The translations under genes were made by a program, and so were the position numbers. Of a stretch of 64,000 bases of DNA, positions 36,312-45,477 are shown in pieces. Position 1 is the stretch's first letter, and every line of letters starts with the position of its first letter. Source of the DNA: Bacteroidales bacterium (GTDB lineage: Bacteria; Bacteroidota; Bacteroidia; Bacteroidales; UBA12077); the NCBI GenBank assembly GCA_028282785.1, contig JANQHE010000061.1, positions 195,170 to 259,169 on the forward strand, in the 5' to 3' direction. Below the pieces are notes generated by a model. It was not told the DNA's origin. It saw nothing but the letters and a program-made list of their open reading frames with translations, and did no database searches.

Positions 36312-37016
36312 TTATACAAACTTTTCTCGTTTCTGTAAATTAATTAATGCCCAAAGTAGAGAAATTACCGACCCGACAATTAACATTAAACGGTTCTGGC
36401 TTAAAATATTTTTCCAAACGGTTAAGCTAATATCACTTGGAACGTCAAAAGGGTTTAAGAATATGTTCCATTTACTGCTTCTTAAAGGTTCGTGCATAAT
36501 CCAAAATACCAGTCCTATGATAATCATTATTACTGCTGCACCGCTGGCATTTTTAACAAGGGTTGCAAATAAAAAAGACAAACAAGATAAAAATATTAAG
36601 GGATACATTACTTCATAAACCATTTTTAAAACCGGGATCCGAAGTACTGCAAATACTGTAAACCATGACATGGCAAATAAAATTATAACAGCCATTGCCA
36701 TACTAATTACGAAACGGATCAAATAGACTTTATAACGGTAATTTGGCACACCAAATACAATTTCTAACATCCTGGCATCTTTATCATTCTGTACATTAAA
36801 AATTACAGGATAAAATATTATTAATAAGCCGGGGAAAAGAATCACACCGTAAATATCATGTTCGGCAATTGATGCATTTTGAAATAGCATGATACCTATA
36901 ATGATTAAAAAGAATGCAATTGCTGCAATCAGGAAGTAAATGAACTTATTTGCAAATACAATCCTTAAATTGTATATCAAAATATCATATGCGAGTTTTA
37001 TTCGGTTCGATCTCAT
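36312..37016 (-). CDS. ABC-2-type membrane permease (6 TM helices)
   Basis: 234 aa and hydrophobic. Its start codon overlaps the stop of the RND-ABC fusion (TAATG), implying translational coupling. Confidence 0.65.
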   Translation of the reverse strand: MRSNRIKLAYDILIYNLRIVFANKFIYFLIAAIAFFLIIIGIMLFQNASIAEHDIYGVILFPGLLIIFYPVIFNVQNDKDARMLEIVFGVPNYRYKVYLIRFVISMAMAVIILFAMSWFTVFAVLRIPVLKMVYEVMYPLIFLSCLSFLFATLVKNASGAAVIMIIIGLVFWIMHEPLRSSKWNIFLNPFDVPSDISLTVWKNILSQNRLMLIVGSVISLLWALINLQKREKFV

Positions 37017-40000
37017 TACTTAACCATTTTTTCTTTAGTTAATAAATACAAATAGGCATCTTCCAGGTTAGCCTTTACAGGCTTTGCTTCCGGAGCTGGA
37101 ATTTTATCAGACAGGCAGCGGCAACGGATCATTTCACCATCTTTCATATGATGAATTATCGTAAATTCATCTTTTAATTTTTCGAACTTATCTTCCGTTA
37201 CATTTAGCATCCATACTTTTTCTTCTGCTAATTTCGCCATTTTTATAGGAGCTCCAAGGTATTTAACTTCTCCTTTTTTCATTACGGCAACCATATTACA
37301 CGAACTTGCTACATCTTCAATAATGTGAGTTGAGAAGATCACGATACGTTCACGGCTGAGTTCTACTAATAAATTCCTAAAACGGATCCGCTCGCGTGGG
37401 TCCAATCCGGCAGTTGGTTCATCTACGACAAGGATTTTTGGTAAATGAAGAAGAATCTGTGCAATCCCGATTCTCTGTTTCATTCCACCCGAGAAAGAGC
37501 CAATTTTTTCATCTTTATTATCATACATATGAACAGCATTCAAAACATACTCAACACGTTTTATCCTTTCTTCCTGGTTATAAAGTTTCTTTAAAATTCC
37601 CATATAATTAAGGAAGTCCCACGCAGTCATGTTTTCATACATTCCAAATTCCTGTGGAAGGTATCCGATCAAGCCTTGCAATTCTTCGCGTTTCTCTCGT
37701 ACATCGATATCGTTAATGGTAATTTGCCCATAACTTTGTTCAAGAATACCGCAAATGATCCTCATAAGCGTAGATTTCCCTGCACCATTTGGCCCCAGCA
37801 AGCCAAACATTCCGTTTTTAATATCAACAGATACTCCTTTAAGTGCTTTAAATGGTACTTTCTTTTTGCCTATTACAGGAATAACCAAAACAAATTTATA
37901 GAACCCCTTTCTTAATCCTTTAAATTTACCTTTTAAGCGGTTTACGTCAACCTTTTTCCTGTACAGGTTGTCAGATGTAACTTTTATAAGCACTAGGAAA
38001 TACCATAAGGCACCCATTGGGATTACTAAGCCTAATAACTCATACTTTTTAAAGAAAAGGAAAAGAGCAAGAGCAGGAAAGGCCCAAAAAAATAACCGGG
38101 ATACGAAAAGTATCAACAAGCTTAAAAGTTTGAATTTCTTTTCTGATTTTAGATTTCGTGCATATTTTTCAACTGGCACAAAGAAATAAGCAGTTAAAAT
38201 GTAAAGGAAAATTGGAAGTATAAAATACCAGAGTCCACTTTCAAGATGGAAATAGATGAAATACACAATAAATCCTATCAATGGAATTTGCCAGATAAGT
38301 TGGCTAAAGTCTTTGATAGTTGTGAATTCATGCTCAATTCCTAACCTTTTTCGGATATTAACTCCGGATTTCCATTCACGCACGAAACGGCTATCCCAGT
38401 CGTATATCTTTACAAGATTTCTAACCTTTATATGTAATGAGTCATCTTCACCAATAAGTTTTTCCGAGGCTTTTCTTAAACTATTTTGTATAAAATAAAT
38501 GGTAGCAGGAACGATTATGATCAACCCGATAAAATCGATAATTTGCCATACTCTTCGGTCAACTTCGGTAAATATAAAGTAGCTAACCGTTACCCAAATT
38601 GCAATTTGTATGATTTTGATATATAACTTCTGGCTTTGCATCCATTTTAGGGATGATTGTAAGCCGGAATTCAGAGTTGGAATAAAAACCAATGTAAGCA
38701 ATGTACTTACAGTTAAGCCTCCGATAATAGTTATTGCAAATGGAACTCCAATTAAAGTAACATATTCGGCTTTGCCAAGCGCTAATGGAATTAGTGCAAT
38801 AATCGTAGTTATAGCTGTGATAAGAATCGGGCGCACACGCGCTAAGCCTGCCATCATTAACGCACGAGATTCGGAATAGCCCCTTCGGCGAAGTACCCTG
38901 GAATAATCAATGAGGATAATTCCATTATTGACGACAATACCAAGCAGTATCAATAACCCGGTTAACACATTTGTATTTAACAAGGATGTTCCGGTTAGTA
39001 TCAATAATACCAGTGAACCAATTGCAGCCATCGGAATGGAGAACATCATTACAACAGGAGTGGAGAATGATTCGAAAACAGATGATAAAATCATGTAGAT
39101 GAGTATAAATGCCATGAGTAACAGAAATGCGAATTCTCCCAGTTCATTTTCATCGTGCACAACCTCCAAAGCAATTCCTGATGAAAGGGTCATTCCTTCA
39201 ACTAACTCATCAATCTCTAATCGTGCAGCTTCGAGCAAATCTTTTTCATCCTGAACTTCATTAATGAATTGATAAATTACTTCAAGTTGTTTTTCCTGGT
39301 TGGTTCTTTTTATAGCAGATAACCCTTCGGTAAAATTAAATTTGCTTATTTCCTGCATTTCAAATTGAGAACCCTGGTTTCCTCTAACATTTAAGGTTTT
39401 TAGTTCTTTTACATTTCGTTCTTTTTGAGTATTATAACCCACTGTTTTTATAAGGATATCATATTCTTCGGTTCCTTGTTTGAACGTTACTCCACTTGAG
39501 AATTCGTGCTGGAAAGAATTTAATTCGGAAAGTACCGATGCAACCGGGATATCATATAATGCCATGAGCTGCTTATCAAAATTAAGCATTAACTCGGGAC
39601 GTTTATCAGGAACCCGAATATCGATATTTTCGACAGATGTAAGTTGACCCAGGTAATATTTAACATCATTTGCCTGGTTGAGCATTTTATCAAAATCCTG
39701 CCCTTTAATGATTACTTTTTCGCGTTGTGCTCCAATTCCCAGCATTCTTCCAAATTCATCATCATCATAACTATCTCCGCCAAAACGTCCACTGGCCGGA
39801 GGATCCCAGCTGAATTCCGCCGGGCTGAGTTCTTCAAGCCTCTCTATGATCTCATTTTTAATTTTGGGGATCGAGAAATTCCGGATTTTTTTATAATCAT
39901 CAACTAAAAATATGGTAAGCGTAGCTTCTTCTTCATAGATCTGGCTGAGAACATCTTTCTTTTCATCTAAATCTTCCAGTTTCTTTTCAGCTTCTGCAAC

Positions 40001-41725
40001 CAGAATATCGGTATTTTCCAATGTTGTTCCACTTGGCATGGTAACATAAAGGGTAACATCTTTTATTTCTGCCTCTTGGGTCGAAATAATGCTAACTCCC
40101 AAACTTATTAAAAGTGCTGCAAAAAATATGATCAAAGCACCAAGAATTGTCCTTCCGGGCTTACGCATACAGGTTTTAAGAAGCACCAGGTAAATTTGAA
40201 TTAACCTGTTATGAAGCGATATTCTTTCGAACCGGATTGGTTTATCCTGTTTTCTAAATTTTAAGAATGCATGTGTGATCATAGGTATTAACAACAAGGC
40301 AACTACCAAAGAAACAAGCAAGGTTGAAATGATAGAAACTCCGATATGCTTTCCAATTAAACCAATAAAGAAATCCGTTGAAAATACAAATGGCAGAAAA
40401 ACAGTTACGGTTGTTAAAGTTGCTGCAAAAATAGATCGCCATACTTCTTTAGTTCCTTGAATAACCGCCTGATCAGGGTGAACCTTTTTAGCTGCAAGCC
40501 GATAAATATTTTCCAAAACAACGACACTATTATCTAACAACATTCCTATGGCCAGGGCCATCCCCAGAAGTGTTAAACTGTTAATGGTTATTCCGGCAGC
40601 ATAAAAGAAATTAAAAGCTGTATAAACTGATATTGGAATAGCCAGAGCAATGGCAACAACCAGCCTGAAATTCTTTAAAAAGATCCAAAGGATGAAAATA
40701 GCAAGTAAGCCTCCGAGAAGTGCCAGTTGAATAATAGAATCAATGTTCTTTTCCATGGTATCAGCGTCATTTCGTTGAATTACAAGCTCAATATCTTTTG
40801 TTTCAAATTCCTTATTCAGCTCTTTAATTTGGCCTTTCACCGCATTTGAGAGTGCTATTATATTAGCTTGTGAATCCTTTGTAATTGCTATGGTAACAGC
40901 TTCTTTTCCATTAACCCGGCTGTAAGAATCTTGCTCTTTTACTCCATAATGGATTTCAGCAATATCCTTTAATCTAATTTTACCTTGTTTTTTTACCACA
41001 ACATTATGAATATCCTGAATATCATCAAATTCAGAAATTACATTCACAAAGTGCAATTGGTTGTTGTTTGTTACCTTACCTGCAAAGGTCCTTGATTTAC
41101 TATTGTTACTTAATGCGGTCCTGACATCAGCAGGGGAAATCCCGTAACTATCACAAATATCCTGGTGTAATAGAACTTCTATCGATTTTTCCCTTCCTCC
41201 GAATACTTCTGCATTGGCAATTCCATCAATATTTTTTATTTTATTGATGATTTCCTGGTCAGTAATTTGTCTTACCCGGTCGATACCTCCGCCACCTCTA
41301 ACCTGGAGGGTCATAAACATGTTGTTTAATTGCTCAAGGTCGAATTTGAAAGTTTGAACCTGGAATTCTTCAGGCAATGTAGTTTTTACTTCATCTATTT
41401 TCTCAACCAATTTGAGGTAGGCAAACTTTAGATCGGTGTTTTTTTCGTAAGAAATCTGAATGGACCCCGATTGTTGCCCTGCAGTTGATTCAATCTTTTC
41501 AATTCCCTTTAGCGTTCCAATTGCACCTTCCAAGGGTATAATAGCCTGGTTTTCCATGTATTTTGGATCAACTTCCAGAGGCGAAGCAACCTGGACAAAT
41601 AGCATGGGGAATGTTGCATTTGGGTAAAGTTCAACAGCGAGCTGCTTATAGGATATATAACCAAGCATGGTTAATCCTGTAAACAACATGGCAATGAGTA
41701 CTTTTCTTTTTATAATGAAATTCAT
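37016..41725 (-). CDS. RND (AcrB-type) efflux permease fused to extra TM helices and an ABC ATPase domain
   Basis: A single 1569-aa ORF. Residues 1 to ~1018 are RND (paralog of 42254..45337). Residues 1287-1569 carry Walker A GPNGAGKST, signature FSGGMKQR, Walker B ILVVDEPTAGLD and an H-loop STH, and are a paralog of 52139..53029. Confidence 0.8.
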   Translation of the reverse strand: MNFIIKRKVLIAMLFTGLTMLGYISYKQLAVELYPNATFPMLFVQVASPLEVDPKYMENQAIIPLEGAIGTLKGIEKIESTAGQQSGSIQISYEKNTDLKFAYLKLVEKIDEVKTTLPEEFQVQTFKFDLEQLNNMFMTLQVRGGGGIDRVRQITDQEIINKIKNIDGIANAEVFGGREKSIEVLLHQDICDSYGISPADVRTALSNNSKSRTFAGKVTNNNQLHFVNVISEFDDIQDIHNVVVKKQGKIRLKDIAEIHYGVKEQDSYSRVNGKEAVTIAITKDSQANIIALSNAVKGQIKELNKEFETKDIELVIQRNDADTMEKNIDSIIQLALLGGLLAIFILWIFLKNFRLVVAIALAIPISVYTAFNFFYAAGITINSLTLLGMALAIGMLLDNSVVVLENIYRLAAKKVHPDQAVIQGTKEVWRSIFAATLTTVTVFLPFVFSTDFFIGLIGKHIGVSIISTLLVSLVVALLLIPMITHAFLKFRKQDKPIRFERISLHNRLIQIYLVLLKTCMRKPGRTILGALIIFFAALLISLGVSIISTQEAEIKDVTLYVTMPSGTTLENTDILVAEAEKKLEDLDEKKDVLSQIYEEEATLTIFLVDDYKKIRNFSIPKIKNEIIERLEELSPAEFSWDPPASGRFGGDSYDDDEFGRMLGIGAQREKVIIKGQDFDKMLNQANDVKYYLGQLTSVENIDIRVPDKRPELMLNFDKQLMALYDIPVASVLSELNSFQHEFSSGVTFKQGTEEYDILIKTVGYNTQKERNVKELKTLNVRGNQGSQFEMQEISKFNFTEGLSAIKRTNQEKQLEVIYQFINEVQDEKDLLEAARLEIDELVEGMTLSSGIALEVVHDENELGEFAFLLLMAFILIYMILSSVFESFSTPVVMMFSIPMAAIGSLVLLILTGTSLLNTNVLTGLLILLGIVVNNGIILIDYSRVLRRRGYSESRALMMAGLARVRPILITAITTIIALIPLALGKAEYVTLIGVPFAITIIGGLTVSTLLTLVFIPTLNSGLQSSLKWMQSQKLYIKIIQIAIWVTVSYFIFTEVDRRVWQIIDFIGLIIIVPATIYFIQNSLRKASEKLIGEDDSLHIKVRNLVKIYDWDSRFVREWKSGVNIRKRLGIEHEFTTIKDFSQLIWQIPLIGFIVYFIYFHLESGLWYFILPIFLYILTAYFFVPVEKYARNLKSEKKFKLLSLLILFVSRLFFWAFPALALFLFFKKYELLGLVIPMGALWYFLVLIKVTSDNLYRKKVDVNRLKGKFKGLRKGFYKFVLVIPVIGKKKVPFKALKGVSVDIKNGMFGLLGPNGAGKSTLMRIICGILEQSYGQITINDIDVREKREELQGLIGYLPQEFGMYENMTAWDFLNYMGILKKLYNQEERIKRVEYVLNAVHMYDNKDEKIGSFSGGMKQRIGIAQILLHLPKILVVDEPTAGLDPRERIRFRNLLVELSRERIVIFSTHIIEDVASSCNMVAVMKKGEVKYLGAPIKMAKLAEEKVWMLNVTEDKFEKLKDEFTIIHHMKDGEMIRCRCLSDKIPAPEAKPVKANLEDAYLYLLTKEKMVK

Positions 41726-41734
41726 TTTTTAATT

Positions 41735-41785
41735 TTCTCGCAGAGCCGCAAACCTGCCTGCCGTGAGGCAGGGACGCAAAGCTCT
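41735..41785 (-). repeat. Family-A flanking repeat, downstream copy
   Basis: cgcaaacctgcctgccgtgaggcagggacgcaaag. A 34-nt core is shared with 42213..42253, with 3 mismatches. It contains a 6-bp hairpin (cctgcc/ggcagg) with a tetraloop. Confidence 0.8.
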
Positions 41786-41787
41786 TA

Positions 41788-42165
41788 TTATAAATTATTC
41801 ACTATTCTTTTAATTCCATCTTTAATGAGTTTTTCATTAAAGTTTATTAATAAACCTAATTTTAATCCTGTAATTCTTAAGTAGGTTAATAATTGCTTGG
41901 GGTGAACAGGGGCAATTATTTCAACTGATTTTAGTTCTATTATTACTTTGTTTTCTACAACTAAATCAGCTCTAAAACCTATTTCCATTTTTCTATCCTT
42001 CCATATAACAGGAATTGCTTTTTGCCTCTCAACTTTTAAGCCTTGTTCTAATAATTCGTAATACAATATTTCTTCATAAACAGATTCTAATAAACCTGGT
42101 CCGAGCTGTACATGAATATTGTAACAGGTATTAATGATTATTTTTGAGAGTTCGTTTTCTGTCAT
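41788..42165 (-). CDS. GxxExxY family protein (PD-(D/E)XK-like small protein)
   Basis: 125 aa with the motif GPGLLESVY, plus ...DLVVENKVIIELK.... Confidence 0.8.
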   Translation of the reverse strand: MTENELSKIIINTCYNIHVQLGPGLLESVYEEILYYELLEQGLKVERQKAIPVIWKDRKMEIGFRADLVVENKVIIELKSVEIIAPVHPKQLLTYLRITGLKLGLLINFNEKLIKDGIKRIVNNL

Positions 42166-42212
42166 CGTTCTGGTTTTTCTTTGCGCCTTAGCTTTGTGAG
42201 ATTTTTATTTTT

Positions 42213-42253
42213 CACGCAAACCTGCCTGCCGACAGGCAGGGACGCCAAGAATA
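42213..42253 (-). repeat. Family-A flanking repeat, upstream copy
   Basis: cgcaaacctgcctgccgacaggcagggacgccaag, immediately after the stop of the RND gene. Confidence 0.8.
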
Positions 42254-45200
42254 TTAATTTTTATTAAATATCTTAATTTTTAAGCTATCAAATACATAAT
42301 ATACGCAAGGAATAACAACTAATGTTAGCAGGGTGGAAGTTACCAATCCTGCAATTACGGCAATTGCCATTGGTGAGCGTAAAGCTGCACTTTCACCGAT
42401 TCCAAATGTTAGTGGCAAGAGGGCTAAGATTGTTGTTAAACTTGTCATCATAATAGGGCGAATTCTGTTTTCACCGGCATTTATAATGGATTCTTTCAGT
42501 GATAATCCTTGTACTTTAAACTGATTTATAGCATCGACCAGAATAATGGAATCGTTTACGGCAATACCGGCAAGCATAATAATACCAATGTATGCCATAA
42601 TACTTAATGATTTTCCCAGGATAAGGAATGCCCAGATTGCTCCAACTCCTGCCAAAGGAATGGTTAATAAAATAGTAAGTGGGTGAATCATTGATTCAAA
42701 CTGGGACGCCATTACCATATAAACTAATATAATTGAAAGAATCAAAGCAAAACTCAAGCTTGACATTGCCTCCTGGCGTTTTTGTTCTTCGCCAACTATA
42801 CTAATTTGGTATTCCTGTGGTATATCAAGAGTGGCTATTTGTTCCCTTACACTTTCAACAGCCTGGTCAAATGGAACCGAGCGGTCAATATCTGCCATTA
42901 CTTTCCCAATTCTGTTCTGGTTTCTACGGAAAAGTTGCTTTGGCGAAGTAGATTTCTTTATAGTTGCCAACTCATACAATGGAACATTGTTATTACCATT
43001 TTTAAGAGTAATCGAATTGAATTCTGACAAACTCAGTTCAGGCAATTTTACGGTAATGTCGTTCATTTCGCCATCCTTTTCATACTTGCCTGCATCTTTT
43101 CCCATTAAAAGGTCCTTAAGCTGATTAATTATATCTTCAACACTCATATTGTAAATACCGGCTTTATAGCGGTCAATAACAACATCAATCTCCGGTGCGC
43201 CTTCTTCAATATTTGTTTTTATGTTAAGAAGTGCAGGAATTTCCTGAAGTTTAGCTTTTATTTCTGTTGATACCTGATCCAAAACAACCAAGTCTTTTCC
43301 TTTTACTTCTACCACTAGTGGAGCGTCATCAGTACCCATTATTGATTGCAAAGCGGTTTCATCTCTTATGATAGAGATTTCTGCGTCAGGAATTGTTCCC
43401 ATTAATTCTTCAACCGAAGAAATAATATATTGCGACTGCTCCAGATATTCATCTTTTAAGTGAATTTTTATGGTAGCTGTATTTTCATTTTGGAAAACCG
43501 ATTTTTCATTGGTTGAAGTACTTGAAGGGCCGATCTGGCTATAAACTATATTTAGTTTATCACCAAGCATTTCATTTAACATCGCTTCAATATTAGCAAC
43601 GGCCCCGGATGTCCTTTCCAGTTCGGTTCCTTCTTTAAGTTTTATTTCGATGCTAAATTCGCCGGCTCCACTTTTTGGAAGGTATTCTGATCCAACATAA
43701 GGAAAGATGTAAACCGTTAATGCTAATAAAAGAGTAGCAAAAACAATTACAAGCCCTTTTTTATCAAGGATCTTAGATAACAAATTACCATACCACCCAA
43801 TACGGACTGACTTGATTTTATTTTCTTTTTTGTGTTTTCTATATGCAAAATTGAAAAGCATTGGAATAACCAGAATTGCAACAAATAGTGATGCCAGCAA
43901 TGAGAATGCAACAGTCCAGGCCTGGTCTTTAAATAGTGCACCAGAAGCTCCATGCAAATAAACTATTGGCAAGAATACTACAATTGTGGTTAAGGTTGAA
44001 GCGACAATAGCACCACCAACTTCCGCAGTTCCGTGAATTGCAGCTTCTCGAACAGACATTCCCTGTTCCATATTCCGGAAGATATTTTCCATTACCACGA
44101 TTGCATTGTCAACCAGCATACCAGCCCCTAGGGCAAGCCCACCAAGGGTCATTATGTTTAAAGTGAGCCCATTAAAATACATTAAGTTGAAGGTAGCAAT
44201 AACTGAAATAGGTATTGCGAAACTGATGATCGCTGTTACCTTTAACCTTCTTAAGAAAATGAAAAGTACAAATACAGCTATTAAAATTCCTATTAATGCG
44301 GTTTCTTGTACTTCATCAATAGCAGTTTGAATAAATTTTCCCTGGTTTTGAACGATAATAAATTCATATCCGGGCAATGCTTTTTGAATAGATTCAAAAG
44401 ATTTAATTAAATCTTCAACCGCTTTTACAGTATTGAAACCGGTTTCTTTGTATATCGAAAGCCCAACGCATCGTTCACCATTAATTCGAACAACATTTTG
44501 AGGATCCTTATTCGTAAAACTTACGTTAGCAACATCTTTTAAGAAAATAGGGGTTTTTAAAACAGCATCCTGGTTTTGAGTTCCGTTTACCAGCTTATAG
44601 CTTAAAACTATATTCTCAATATCTTCAACTCTGCCTACAAGGCTTGAACCTTTAATGATATATTTTTTACCCATTTCAACAATAGTACCTCCGGAAACAT
44701 TTCTGTTCATGTTCTGGATTTCCTGTACAATCTGCCCTGTAGTTAAACCATAGGCATCTAATTTATATTGCTCGGTTTCAATCAATACTTCTTTTTCTTC
44801 GGTACCAGTAAGCGATACATCGGCAATGCCTTCTAACCTGATTAGTTCATTACGAATATAATTTTCACCAACTTTCCTCAACTCGTCCATGTCGGTAATC
44901 TCCGGATGTTTCATTCCTATGATCATTACCGGTGTCGCGTTAGGGTCGTGCTGTGTGATGGTGAATTCGTCGATATCCGAATTTTGGCTATATGCCGTTA
45001 GTGCTTTTTGAAGGTCCAAAAATGCTTCATCCATATCAGTTCCCCAGTTATACTCTACCGTTACCCGGGCAGAACCAACCATACATACTGAGGAAACCTG
45101 TGATACACCTTTTTGGCGAATAGATTGTGCTTCTATATCTTCTATAAACTGCTTTTCTAATTCTTCCGGTGGGCGTTCTCCTGCCTTAATTTCGACAAAT

Positions 45201-45337
45201 ATTCTGGGGGCATTCATATCGGGAAACAGGTCAACACTTAACCTTCCGAATGAAATGTATCCCAATAGAATAATTGCAATAACAATCATCGAAACCGTTA
45301 CAGGGTTATTAACCGAAAATTGTGTAATTTTTTTCAT
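42254..45337 (-). CDS. RND (AcrB/HAE1-type) efflux permease
   Basis: 1027 aa with the typical 12-TM/two-loop layout and motifs (GLALGAGMLVDNAIVVMENI, AGIAVNDSIILVD). Confidence 0.92.
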   Translation of the reverse strand: MKKITQFSVNNPVTVSMIVIAIILLGYISFGRLSVDLFPDMNAPRIFVEIKAGERPPEELEKQFIEDIEAQSIRQKGVSQVSSVCMVGSARVTVEYNWGTDMDEAFLDLQKALTAYSQNSDIDEFTITQHDPNATPVMIIGMKHPEITDMDELRKVGENYIRNELIRLEGIADVSLTGTEEKEVLIETEQYKLDAYGLTTGQIVQEIQNMNRNVSGGTIVEMGKKYIIKGSSLVGRVEDIENIVLSYKLVNGTQNQDAVLKTPIFLKDVANVSFTNKDPQNVVRINGERCVGLSIYKETGFNTVKAVEDLIKSFESIQKALPGYEFIIVQNQGKFIQTAIDEVQETALIGILIAVFVLFIFLRRLKVTAIISFAIPISVIATFNLMYFNGLTLNIMTLGGLALGAGMLVDNAIVVMENIFRNMEQGMSVREAAIHGTAEVGGAIVASTLTTIVVFLPIVYLHGASGALFKDQAWTVAFSLLASLFVAILVIPMLFNFAYRKHKKENKIKSVRIGWYGNLLSKILDKKGLVIVFATLLLALTVYIFPYVGSEYLPKSGAGEFSIEIKLKEGTELERTSGAVANIEAMLNEMLGDKLNIVYSQIGPSSTSTNEKSVFQNENTATIKIHLKDEYLEQSQYIISSVEELMGTIPDAEISIIRDETALQSIMGTDDAPLVVEVKGKDLVVLDQVSTEIKAKLQEIPALLNIKTNIEEGAPEIDVVIDRYKAGIYNMSVEDIINQLKDLLMGKDAGKYEKDGEMNDITVKLPELSLSEFNSITLKNGNNNVPLYELATIKKSTSPKQLFRRNQNRIGKVMADIDRSVPFDQAVESVREQIATLDIPQEYQISIVGEEQKRQEAMSSLSFALILSIILVYMVMASQFESMIHPLTILLTIPLAGVGAIWAFLILGKSLSIMAYIGIIMLAGIAVNDSIILVDAINQFKVQGLSLKESIINAGENRIRPIMMTSLTTILALLPLTFGIGESAALRSPMAIAVIAGLVTSTLLTLVVIPCVYYVFDSLKIKIFNKN

Positions 45338-45435
45338 AATTGTAAATTTCTCTCAAAGACACAATCCTGATAGTTATCGGGAGGCAAAGAATATTTAATT
45401 TTCACTATTTTTCTCATTTCTTCGTTTATTGCCAT
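45334..45435 (-). pseudogene. Deletion scar of a third GxxExxY cassette (33-codon residual ORF)
   Basis: The 5' region and first codons (ttcgtttattgccatcgtg; MAINEEMRKIV) parallel those of 41788..42165 (ttcgttttctgtcatcgtt; MTENELSKII). They run straight into a family-A-like element (45347..45393). The stop overlaps the RND ATG (ATGA). Confidence 0.5.
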
Positions 45436-45477
45436 CGTGATTAATATTCTTTTGTCTTTGTACTTTAATCTTTTATC

